A DNA stretch of 54,544 bases from Desulfovibrio sp. Dsv1 (GTDB taxonomy: Bacteria; Desulfobacterota; Desulfovibrionia; Desulfovibrionales; Desulfovibrionaceae): positions 1 through 54,544 of the forward strand of contig APFI01000050.1 of assembly GCA_000403945.1 (NCBI GenBank), written 5' to 3'. Under the pieces are notes generated by a model, which was not told the DNA's origin, ran no database searches, and worked only from the letters and a program-made list of their open reading frames with translations. Of this stretch, positions 9,568-18,492 are shown piece after piece (position 1 is the first letter of the stretch; each line of letters starts with the position of its first letter). A program made the position numbers and the translations under genes.

Positions 9568-9614
9568 AGATTTTACAATGAACCTGTTCAGGAAGAAAGA
9601 AAAAACAGATGCCT
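9568..9614 (+). repeat. Direct repeat B copy 1: duplicated trbF 5' end
   Basis: gattttacaatgaacctgttcaggaagaaagaaaaaacagatgcc versus gattctacaatgagctttttcaagaagaaagaaaaaaacgacgcc at the real trbF start. Confidence 0.8.
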
Positions 9615-9642
9615 CAACTGGAGCGAGCGATAATGCCGAATT

Positions 9643-9691
9643 CGGGAAAGGATTAACCCCATGAATAAGAAAGATGGATTAAGGAGTTGTT
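9643..9691 (+). repeat. Direct repeat A copy 2
   Basis: cgggaaaggattaaccccatgaataagaaagatggattaaggagttgtt. Confidence 0.9.
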
Positions 9692-10034
9692 GAATTTCTG
9701 GAAATACACAGACCTTGTGAGGATACGTATGAAAAAAACTAAAAATTATGGCGCGTTATTAGCAATACTGTTGCTTGTTCCTGGATGTATTGGCATGTCG
9801 ATGTATATTTTAGTTTTATTTTATATTGCATATTTAAAGTCATCATCAATATTTTTTGTTGGAGCAGTATCAGTTTTACTTGTGTTTCCAATTTTTATTA
9901 TTGCTATATGTGATATTTGTAAGTCGATAAAAGATTATAAAAATATCACTGACAAACTTGGTTGTGTTTTAATACTTATTGCTGAGTGCACAATGATATA
10001 TACATCAATCATATTTTTTGTGGAATATACTTAG
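9687..10034 (+). pseudogene. Very AT-rich multi-TM membrane protein, probably frameshifted
   Basis: Three hydrophobic segments; hydrophobic coding-like sequence continues in other frames past a T run to ~10250. Confidence 0.45.
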
Positions 10035-10347
10035 ATATCATCTCTCCTGATATTATTATCATGGCAATTGATAATGCAAAAATAACAATTGCTATTATAA
10101 GATTAAATTTATGACAATTTTTAAATTTTCTGAATACATCTTTAACGATTTTATCTTTATTTTCTATTATGTCTTCGCTCTCTTTTTTTTAAATTTATAG
10201 TTTGAAAATATTATATATAAATATAACATTGAAGATATAACATATAATAATATAAAAGTTGAAAATATATTTACAGCATTAAAGGCAAGAGCTGTGAATG
10301 CAAACATGGAGCTAACCTCGCTTCTTCAGAAAAAAAGGGATTCTACA

Positions 10348-11091
10348 ATGAGCTTTTTCAAGAAGAAAGAAAAAAACGACGCCCCCGCGTCCGCGTCCAG
10401 GTCCACGGAAGGGCATAACCCCTACCTCAATGCCCGCCAGGAATGGCTGGAGCGCTACGGATCGTACATCAACCGGGCGGCGCAATGGAGGCTGACGGCA
10501 TTCATTGCCCTGCTGCTCCTGGGCGGCTCCATAATGGGCAATGTCATCCAGGCCAGCCAGGTCAAAGCCATTCCGTACATCATCGAGGTGGACAAGCTGG
10601 GCAAGGCCGCCGTGACGACCCGCGCGGACCAGGCCAGCGCCGCACCCCTGCGGCTGATCCAGGCGGAAATAGCCGCCTGCATCACGGACTGGCGCACGGT
10701 CACGGCTGATATTGAGCTACAGAAGCAGATGATCCAGCGCCTGAGCTTCTTTGTGGCAGGCAGCGCCAAAGGGGTGCTCAAGGAATGGTTCACGACCAAT
10801 AATCCCTATGAGATCGCCAAGGCCGGGAAGCTGGTTCATGTGGAAATCAAAAGCCTGCCTTTGCCTGTGAGCGCGGATTCCTACCGTGTGGAATGGACGG
10901 AAACCGTCCGCGCGCATTCGGGTGTGGCTCTGGAAAACCATTCCTATGAGGCCACAGTCAGCGTCCAGATCAACCCGCCCACAGCGGAAGCCGTGCTGCT
11001 GCGCAATCCCGGCGGTGTTTACATCACCAGCCTGTCGGCCAGTCGTGTCTTCAAGGCCGGATCCGCCCCCTTTCCGGCCCAGGCGCAATAG
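10348..11091 (+). CDS. trbF: Conjugative transfer protein TrbF (VirB8-like)
   Basis: NPYLNARQEWLERYG, PYIIEVDKLG, SYRVEWTE, RNPGGVYI. Confidence 0.92.
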   Translation: MSFFKKKEKNDAPASASRSTEGHNPYLNARQEWLERYGSYINRAAQWRLTAFIALLLLGGSIMGNVIQASQVKAIPYIIEVDKLGKAAVTTRADQASAAPLRLIQAEIAACITDWRTVTADIELQKQMIQRLSFFVAGSAKGVLKEWFTTNNPYEIAKAGKLVHVEIKSLPLPVSADSYRVEWTETVRAHSGVALENHSYEATVSVQINPPTAEAVLLRNPGGVYITSLSASRVFKAGSAPFPAQAQ

Positions 11092-11100
11092 GAGTTCTCC

Positions 11101-12018
11101 ATGAAAAGAGGTTTCGCCGTTTTTCTGTTGTCTGCCTGCTGCCTTTCCATTGGAGCCCGTGCGGACGCGGCCCCGGTGGGGGCCCAGGCGTCCGCGCCAT
11201 CGGAGCAAGGTGCTCCGGCGTTGCCGCCGGACTTCCTGAATATGCCGGACTTCTTGAGCAATGACACTGTGCCCCTGAGCAAACGCGAGCGCCAGTCTCT
11301 TAATCTTGCCCGCGATTGGGCCGGACGCGGCCCGGCTCCGGTGCTCTCACAGTCCGGCAAGCTAACCTATGTGCACGGCGCATCCCTGCCCACCATCCTG
11401 GCCAGCCCCATGCAGGTCTGTGATGTGGAACTCCAGCCAGGGGAGAAGGTCAATGAGGTGATCGTGGGCGATTCCGCGCGCTGGATGGTGGAAACGGGCA
11501 CAGCCGGAGAAACCACGCACCTTTTCATCAAGCCCGTTGACGCCGGGCTTGAAACGACAGCCGTGGTTACTACGGATCGCCGGGTTTATCACCTGCGTCT
11601 GATTTCCCAGCGTTCCGGTCACACCCCGTATGTGGGCTTTGTCTACGCCGACGCCATGAAGCTCCAGCTTGCGGAAAAGAAGGCCGCCAGAGAAGAGGAA
11701 ATTCAGCGCAATACGGCCACCATTGACGGGAAGGAGGTCGATATATCCGGCCTGAACTTCAACTTTGAGGTGAAGGGCAAGGCCTCCTGGAAGCCTGAGC
11801 GCGTTTTTGACGACGGCCAGAAAATTTACATCTATCTGCCCCGGAAAAGTACGGAAATGCCCGTGCTCCTGGCTCGCAAACATGGGGAAAACGTCTTGGT
11901 CAACTACCGCGTGGACGGCAAAAACCTGGTTGTGGACGGCCTGTTTGACGACATTTCCCTTCTGTTGGGCGTGGGTTCCAGGCGGGAGGAAGTACGGATC
12001 ATCAGAAAGGCGCAATGA
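11101..12018 (+). CDS. trbG: Conjugative transfer protein TrbG (VirB9)
   Basis: Signal peptide, DVELQPGE, GDSARW, VTTDRRVY, LVNYRV. Confidence 0.92.
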   Translation: MKRGFAVFLLSACCLSIGARADAAPVGAQASAPSEQGAPALPPDFLNMPDFLSNDTVPLSKRERQSLNLARDWAGRGPAPVLSQSGKLTYVHGASLPTILASPMQVCDVELQPGEKVNEVIVGDSARWMVETGTAGETTHLFIKPVDAGLETTAVVTTDRRVYHLRLISQRSGHTPYVGFVYADAMKLQLAEKKAAREEEIQRNTATIDGKEVDISGLNFNFEVKGKASWKPERVFDDGQKIYIYLPRKSTEMPVLLARKHGENVLVNYRVDGKNLVVDGLFDDISLLLGVGSRREEVRIIRKAQ

Positions 12019-12019
12019 G

Positions 12020-13234
12020 ATGAGCGACGAATCCCCTAATGCCCTTGTCATGTCGCCCAGACCCTTGGTGGCCAGAATGGGCCGCTGGCCGCTCTACGCG
12101 CTGCTGGTTGTGCTCGCGCTCCTGCTTGCGGCGCTGATCTACAGCGTGAGCTTCGTTCATGATCCCGCCCGCAAAAAGGAGGAAGAGGCCAAGAAGGTGG
12201 CTGTGAGCGAAGAGGAAAAGCCGGTCTGGCTGATGGAAGGGAGCGGCCTGGCGCTGGACCCCAGGAAGGATCAGACGAGCGGCGTTGCGGCGCCTCCGGA
12301 ACCGGCAAAACCGGAGCCTTTGGTGGTAGTTCAGCGAGAGGAAAAACCGGATCAGCAGGTGGAAAACGTCCGCCGCATCAAAACGCAGGCCTACATGAGC
12401 GCGCTCAGTGCGCCGCTGGTGGCCAAGCGTGTGAACAGCGGCGCGGTTTCCGCTCCTGTGGCCGCATCCGCAGCCGAATCCACGCCGTCCAGCAGCCACA
12501 ATGCCGTTTCCGCCACGGCTTCGGCCGGAAGCGACAACTACTATGACCCGGCGGCCGACCGGGACAAGGAAGCCTTTTTCGACCGTGCCCGCAGGGACAC
12601 GTCCTGGCAGCTTCAGGAACAGCGCACGGCGGGCATGCCGCTGGAACTGAAAACCGGCGCGGTAATTCCGGGCGTCATGCTGACGGGCGTGAATTCGGAT
12701 CTGCCCGGCAACATGATCGCCCAGGTTTCCCAGCACGTCTTTGATTCCGCCACCGGGCGGAACCTGCTCATTCCCCAGCGTACTAAAATTTATGGCGTTT
12801 ATGACTCCCGCATTGTCTACGGCCAGGAGCGCGTCCTGATCGCCTGGAATCGCCTGATCTTTCCGGACGGGTCATCCATATCCCTTGGCGCCATGCCCGG
12901 CGCGGACATGGCCGGCATGGCCGGCCTCAATGACGGCGTGAACAATCACTATATGCGCATATTCGGCTCGGCGCTGATGATGTCGCTGGTATCCGGCGGC
13001 ATGGCCTACGCTCTGGATGGCGCGAATGACAGTACGAAAACCGAGAACGGCACCCGTATGACCGACGAAATGACGTCCTCACTGGCCCAGCAGCTTGGCC
13101 AGACGACGACAACGCTGCTCCAGCGCAATCTGAGCATCAAGCCCACGCTGGAGATCCGGCCCGGCTACCAGTTCAACATTGTCGTCACCAGGGATGTGGT
13201 TTTCAAGGAAGCCTACACACGCTGGCGGCGCTGA
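12020..13234 (+). CDS. trbI: Conjugative transfer protein TrbI (VirB10)
   Basis: GAVIPGVMLTGVNSDLPG, WNRLIFPDG, IKPTLEIRPG. Confidence 0.95.
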   Translation: MSDESPNALVMSPRPLVARMGRWPLYALLVVLALLLAALIYSVSFVHDPARKKEEEAKKVAVSEEEKPVWLMEGSGLALDPRKDQTSGVAAPPEPAKPEPLVVVQREEKPDQQVENVRRIKTQAYMSALSAPLVAKRVNSGAVSAPVAASAAESTPSSSHNAVSATASAGSDNYYDPAADRDKEAFFDRARRDTSWQLQEQRTAGMPLELKTGAVIPGVMLTGVNSDLPGNMIAQVSQHVFDSATGRNLLIPQRTKIYGVYDSRIVYGQERVLIAWNRLIFPDGSSISLGAMPGADMAGMAGLNDGVNNHYMRIFGSALMMSLVSGGMAYALDGANDSTKTENGTRMTDEMTSSLAQQLGQTTTTLLQRNLSIKPTLEIRPGYQFNIVVTRDVVFKEAYTRWRR

Positions 13235-13353
13235 TGCGTAACACGAACCGGGTAGCGTTCGCAGCTCCGGAACCAAGTTGGCCAGAAAAGTAACCTCCTG
13301 AAATTTCACACAGCGGCATTTATCCCCGGTAACACGTTTTGTTGGAGAGAATC

Positions 13354-15357
13354 ATGGCGCAACAGGAATATGGCCTTCAGGAATCAGCGCCCGACCGCAG
13401 GACAGGCATCTGGTGGCTGTTGTTTCTTCTGCTGCCGGCGCTGACGCTGCTGGGCATGAGCATGGCCACGCTGAAGGCGGCTTCGGACTATGGTTTTCAG
13501 CCAGCCCTGGGCCATCCGTGGTTTTCTCTTTTCGGCATTCCGTTCCATGCGCCCTGGAGCATTTTCACCTGGGAGGGCATCTCCCCGGCGGTCATGGATA
13601 ACGCCCTGACGGTGGGCCAGGCCTTTTTCATTGTGCCGCTGATGTTTGCCATGCTCTGCGTGGCGGCCTTCCGGAAACTGAAGGGCAACAAGAGTCTGTA
13701 CGGCTCGGCGCGCTGGGCCAGGAAAGATGAAATTGAGCGCATGGGCTATTTCGGCGGCAAGGGCGTCTATGTGGGCGGATGGTTCGACAAGCGCAAGGAT
13801 CAACTGCTTTACCTGCGGCACAATGGCCCGGAACACGTTCTCTGCTTTGCGCCCACGCGTTCCGGCAAGGGCGTCGGCCTGATCCTGCCCACGCTGTTGT
13901 CCTGGCCAGGCTCCAGCCTGACGCTGGACATCAAGGGGGAAAACTGGGCTTTGACTTCGGGTTGGCGCAAGTCTCAGGAGCACAGGGTCTTGCGCTTTGA
14001 TCCTTCGGACGCTTCCGGCTCCGGCTGCGCTTTCAATCCTCTGGACGAGATCCGCCTGTCACAACTGGAAGCTGTCCAGGACGTGCAAAACCTGGCGCTC
14101 ATGCTGGTGGATCCGGACGGCAAGGGGCTGGAAGACCACTGGACCAAGGCGGCCTTCGCCTTCTTCGCCGGGCTGATCCTGCACTGCTGCGTCATGGTGC
14201 GGCATAAGGAAGGCCGCATGCCGACGCTCCAGGACCTGACCATCATGATGTCCGATCCGGATCGCACTCCTGCGGAGTTGCTGGATGAAATGATGGCCAC
14301 GGATCACGCGAAGCTGTTCCGCGAGTTTGCTCCGGACGCTGACACGCGCGTGGGCGACGCCTGCCATATCTTTATCGCCAGTTCCGCACGAGAAATGGCA
14401 TCCAAGGCGGAAAACGAGGCATCCGGCGTTCTGTCTTCCGCCCTGGTGAATATGGCCATCTACCGTGATCCGATCATCAACATCAACACGGCCCGGTCGG
14501 ACTTTCACATTCATGATCTTATGAATGACGAAAATCCTGTGGACCTGTACCTGGTGATACCACCGGACGGCATAGACCGGGTGCGGCCGTTGATACGGCT
14601 CATGCTGGATCTGATCATCCGGCGTGTCTGCGCCAGGATGGAATTTGCGGACGGCACGAGCAAGGCTGGCTACAAACACCGTCTGCTGCTCATGCTGGAC
14701 GAGTTCACCAGCCTGGGCAAGCTGCCCATCATGGAAAAAGCCATTGCCTATATCGCCGGTTATGGCGGCAAGATCTACATCATCGTCCAGGATCCGGAAC
14801 AGTTGAACAAGGAGTACAGCAAGGAAAACGCCATCATGGCCAACTGCCATGTGCGTATCGCCTATGCCCCCAACAAAACTGAAACAGCGGAGATGCTTTC
14901 AAAGCTGGTCGGCAAGACCACGGTGGTGGAAAAGAAGACCTCCATATCCATCGGCAAAGGCGGGCGCACCCGTTCCATCAATATGGCGGAAACAGCCCGG
15001 CCTCTGCTGACGCCGGATGAATGCTCGCGTCTTCGCGCCCCGGAAAAGGACAGTGCCGGCAGGATCACCAGAGCTGGCGACATGCTGATTCTCACCGCCG
15101 GGCAGTATCCCATTTTTGGAATGCAGATCCTGTATTTCAAGGATCCCACATTCTCGCAGCGCTCCAAAATTCCCGCACCAGGCGTTTCAGAAAAATATCC
15201 CGCCGGCATCACGGACTCTCTGTACTTTCCCCGCCCTGCGGAGTGGTACGACAAGCGGATTGAAGAGACTCCAGGAAAGAAAGAAGAGACGGGGAAAGAG
15301 GAAAAATCAGTGTCAGCGGCGAATTTTGAGGATTTTTTGAAGCAGGGGGCGGATTGA
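13354..15357 (+). CDS. traG: Type IV coupling protein TraG (VirD4)
   Basis: YGSARWA, APTRSGKG, LMLDEF, RPLLTPDE. Confidence 0.95.
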   Translation: MAQQEYGLQESAPDRRTGIWWLLFLLLPALTLLGMSMATLKAASDYGFQPALGHPWFSLFGIPFHAPWSIFTWEGISPAVMDNALTVGQAFFIVPLMFAMLCVAAFRKLKGNKSLYGSARWARKDEIERMGYFGGKGVYVGGWFDKRKDQLLYLRHNGPEHVLCFAPTRSGKGVGLILPTLLSWPGSSLTLDIKGENWALTSGWRKSQEHRVLRFDPSDASGSGCAFNPLDEIRLSQLEAVQDVQNLALMLVDPDGKGLEDHWTKAAFAFFAGLILHCCVMVRHKEGRMPTLQDLTIMMSDPDRTPAELLDEMMATDHAKLFREFAPDADTRVGDACHIFIASSAREMASKAENEASGVLSSALVNMAIYRDPIININTARSDFHIHDLMNDENPVDLYLVIPPDGIDRVRPLIRLMLDLIIRRVCARMEFADGTSKAGYKHRLLLMLDEFTSLGKLPIMEKAIAYIAGYGGKIYIIVQDPEQLNKEYSKENAIMANCHVRIAYAPNKTETAEMLSKLVGKTTVVEKKTSISIGKGGRTRSINMAETARPLLTPDECSRLRAPEKDSAGRITRAGDMLILTAGQYPIFGMQILYFKDPTFSQRSKIPAPGVSEKYPAGITDSLYFPRPAEWYDKRIEETPGKKEETGKEEKSVSAANFEDFLKQGAD

Positions 15358-15358
15358 T

Positions 15359-15640
15359 ATGGATTGGATACAGATAACGTCCATTGCAACCCTGATGTCG
15401 GGGCTCGGCGCGTGCGCTTCCGCTGTGGCGATCTGGCGCACCGTGCGGGAAATGCGGAAACAGCGGGAATCACCCTATATGCCGCAACTCGCCTGCTCCT
15501 TGCCCGCTGTTGTTTCAATGGAAGAAGATCCGCATAGGCGGCCAGCGGGGAGCATTCCGGCAACGGTACGCCATATTCCATGCCGATTATGTCCTGAATC
15601 AGAAACGTCTGACACTGCGTTTTGCCTGAAGACCGGATGA
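15359..15640 (+). CDS. Hypothetical membrane-anchored protein, likely truncated cargo
   Basis: N-terminal TM helix followed by REMRKQRE; C-terminus looks non-coding. Confidence 0.4.
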   Translation: MDWIQITSIATLMSGLGACASAVAIWRTVREMRKQRESPYMPQLACSLPAVVSMEEDPHRRPAGSIPATVRHIPCRLCPESETSDTAFCLKTG

Positions 15641-16155
15641 TGAAATTCCTGTTGGCACTGACATTTCTGGCTTCAGCGCTGGCGCTGCTGTACTCCATCG
15701 GTTTTCGTCTGAACCTCACGCCATCGCTGCCGCGTGGCATCTACCGGGCAACTGAAGGACGACCGGAGCGCGGCGGTCTCGTCGCCTTCTGTCTGGAGTC
15801 TCCGGTCTGGACCTCTCTGGCCAGGGAGCGCGGCTACCTTGGGTCGGGTTCCTGTCCGTCCGGTCTGCGTCCGCTGCTCAAATATCTGGCCGGCCTGCCC
15901 GGCGATGCCGTCACGGTGACGCCGGACGGCATACAGGTCGAGCCCGTTTCCGGATCGGCCAGCGTCTGGCCCGCTCCGGTCCGGCGTGAAGACTCTATGG
16001 GGCGGTCGCTGCCGGAAAGTTCACTGCGCGCCGGCGTGATCCCTGCCGGCATGGCTCTGGCGCTGTCCGGTCATCCGGGCAGCTTTGACAGCCGTTTCTT
16101 CGGACTCGTTCCTCTGGCCGGCATGGTCAGGGTCGAGCCCGTATGCACCTTCTAA
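15637..16155 (+). CDS. traF: Conjugative pilin-processing peptidase TraF (S26)
   Basis: NLTPSLPRGIY, LLKYLAGLPGD, SFDSRFFG. Confidence 0.9.
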   Translation: MMKFLLALTFLASALALLYSIGFRLNLTPSLPRGIYRATEGRPERGGLVAFCLESPVWTSLARERGYLGSGSCPSGLRPLLKYLAGLPGDAVTVTPDGIQVEPVSGSASVWPAPVRREDSMGRSLPESSLRAGVIPAGMALALSGHPGSFDSRFFGLVPLAGMVRVEPVCTF

Positions 16156-16172
16156 TCAACTGGGGAACTGTC

Positions 16173-16361
16173 ATGAACAAAGAAGAACTTAACGCTGTGG
16201 CCACGGACGCTTTCAACCAGGCTCAGGACGGCCTGGCCGTGCCCCTTGACCCTGAACAGGCGGAAGGTATGGGCGCTTTCACGGAAGACGCTCTGACGCT
16301 GAAGGATATTCTGGAAGACACTCTTCTTGCGGCGGAAGGAGGGGAAGATGTCCGGGGATAA
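16173..16361 (+). CDS. Small acidic protein, IncP TraD-like
   Basis: GAFTEDAL motif; lies between traF and traC. Confidence 0.55.
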   Translation: MNKEELNAVATDAFNQAQDGLAVPLDPEQAEGMGAFTEDALTLKDILEDTLLAAEGGEDVRG

Positions 16362-18492
16362 GAAAGAGAGGATTCCATTCCATGAGGAATTTGCCGGCAA
16401 GGTTATCAAAATGCTGGAAGAGGGCACGGCTCCCTGGCAGAAGCCGTGGCATCCGGCGGAAAACCTTGCGCCGCGCAATCCGCTTTCCGGCACAGTCTAC
16501 AAGGGCGTGAACCGGCTGCACCTGGCCATGTCCGGCCATGAGGATCCGCGCTGGATGACGCTGAAACAGGCCAATGATGCAGGCTACCGTGTCAAGGCGG
16601 GCAGCCGCTCCACGGCTGTGGTCTACTACCAGTTCACGAAAGAACAGGATCGCATTGGAGAAGACGGCAAACCGGTTCTCGGCGAGGACGGCAAGCCGCA
16701 AAGGGAAACCGTTGCTCTTGAACGGCCCATCTTGCGCATGGCGCGCGTTTTTAATGCGCAGCAGGTGGAGAATTTTCCGCCGCTTGCAGAGCATGAAAAA
16801 GCCTTTGCATGGAATCCCCAGGAAAAGGCTGAGGCCGTGCTGACCAATTCCGGCGCTGTCATAAAACATGACCAGCATGATCGGGCTTTTTACCGTCCGT
16901 TAAATGATGAAATTCACCTGCCGTCCAAGGGTAGTTTCGATCAGGGCGACAAATACTATGCCACGGCCCTGCATGAGTTGGGACACTGGACCGGGCATCC
17001 TGACCGTATGAACCGGGAGTTCGGACCGTTCGGCTCGGCCACTTACGCCAAGGAAGAGCTGCGCGCGGAAATCAGCTCGTGGATGGTGGGTCAGGATATC
17101 GGCATAGGCCATGATCCAGGCCAGCATGCCGCCTATGTGAAGTCCTGGGTGAAGGCGCTCAGGGAAGATCCGCTGGAAATCATGCGCGCATGCCGTGATG
17201 CGGAGCATATCCGCGACTATGTTCTGGGGCTGGAAATGCAAAAAGAAAAGACTGTGGAGCAGGAGCGGCAACGAAGGGCTGCCGGGAAGGATATGGAGCG
17301 CGCGCCTTCGCCATCGAAGGATTCTGTCCGTGATCCGGCCCAAGCCAAAATCTATCTTCATGTGGCCTACAAAGACAAGGAGGCCGCCAAGGCCTTGGGA
17401 GCCCGCTGGGACGGCAAGCAAAAGCAGTGGTACGCGCCGGAAGGCACAGACCTTGTGCCTCTGCGGCGTTTCATGACGCCGCTTGAGCAGGCTTTTGCCG
17501 ATGCCAAAGCCATCACGCCGGCGGAAAATCTCTCTCCGCAGGAAGAGTTCGCGCGCAAGCTGGCGGACATGGGGCTGGATCTCAAGGGTCAGCTCCCGGA
17601 ACTGGACGGCAAAACTCACCGAGTCCCCTTGCTTTCCAAAAACGGTCGCAGTCTTGACGGGGCGTATTGCCTCCACGGCGACGGCGTTCCCGCCGGCTGG
17701 GCGCAAAACCACGTTACCGGCGAGAAGGTGAAGCTCGTGGCCACCGGCGTCGTACTCTCGCCGGCGGAACGCGAGCGGCAACAGCGGGAACGGACAGCAC
17801 GGATCCAGGCGGCGGAAGCGGAACGCGCCAGAGCGCGCGATGCCGCCGCCCGGCGTTGTCAGGGCATGTGGGACAGCTTCAGCCCGGCCGCTTCGTCTCC
17901 CTATCTGGAGAAAAAGGGCGTGGAAGCTTTCGGCCTCAAGGAAGATCAGGGCAACCTGATCGTTCCTCTGCGGAACATCGACGGTGAATTACGTGGTTTT
18001 CAGGCCATCGCGCCGGATGGGCAGAAGGCCTTTGCAACAGGCATTGAGAAAAAAGGCAATTTCCACCTGATCGGCGCTGAAGGCAAGAATCTGTCTCAAG
18101 GAGAGATTGTCCTCTGCGAAGGCTACGCCACCGGCGCTTCCCTGCACATGGCCACGGGCAAGCCCGTGGCGGTCGCCTTTGACGCGGGCAATCTGGAGTC
18201 GGTAGCCAAAAAACTGCGGGAGAAATTCCCCAATGCCGCCATCACCATCTGCGCGGATAATGATCACGCCATGAAAAGGGATGGCCAGCCCTACAATGTG
18301 GGGGTGGAGAAAGCCAAACTGGCAGCGCAGAAGGTCAACGGCAAGGTCAAGGTTCCCACGTTCACCGACAAGGAAAAGGCCCAAGGCCTGACGGATTTCA
18401 ATGATCTGCACAAGGCGCGCGGCCTTGAGGCCGTCCAGCGCCAGGTTGGAAAAGATCGCGTCAGAGATCAGGGCAAGGAGCTGCGCCGATGA
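16348..18492 (+). CDS. traC: TraC-like fusion: ArdC ssDNA-binding/antirestriction domain, zincin-like domain, DUF5710-like domain and Toprim primase
   Basis: PWQKPW, Y.GVN, HELGHWTGH, EELRAE, AKALGARWD, CEGYATG, CADND, TDFNDL. Confidence 0.9.
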   Translation: MSGDKKERIPFHEEFAGKVIKMLEEGTAPWQKPWHPAENLAPRNPLSGTVYKGVNRLHLAMSGHEDPRWMTLKQANDAGYRVKAGSRSTAVVYYQFTKEQDRIGEDGKPVLGEDGKPQRETVALERPILRMARVFNAQQVENFPPLAEHEKAFAWNPQEKAEAVLTNSGAVIKHDQHDRAFYRPLNDEIHLPSKGSFDQGDKYYATALHELGHWTGHPDRMNREFGPFGSATYAKEELRAEISSWMVGQDIGIGHDPGQHAAYVKSWVKALREDPLEIMRACRDAEHIRDYVLGLEMQKEKTVEQERQRRAAGKDMERAPSPSKDSVRDPAQAKIYLHVAYKDKEAAKALGARWDGKQKQWYAPEGTDLVPLRRFMTPLEQAFADAKAITPAENLSPQEEFARKLADMGLDLKGQLPELDGKTHRVPLLSKNGRSLDGAYCLHGDGVPAGWAQNHVTGEKVKLVATGVVLSPAERERQQRERTARIQAAEAERARARDAAARRCQGMWDSFSPAASSPYLEKKGVEAFGLKEDQGNLIVPLRNIDGELRGFQAIAPDGQKAFATGIEKKGNFHLIGAEGKNLSQGEIVLCEGYATGASLHMATGKPVAVAFDAGNLESVAKKLREKFPNAAITICADNDHAMKRDGQPYNVGVEKAKLAAQKVNGKVKVPTFTDKEKAQGLTDFNDLHKARGLEAVQRQVGKDRVRDQGKELRR

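Noticed and set aside
13079..13340. Minus-strand ORF MKFQEVTFLANL and an 8-bp GTAACACG repeat between trbI and traG
   Set aside because: Only vague toxin-like resemblance, mostly antisense to trbI; an 8-bp repeat may be chance; no oriT consensus recognised
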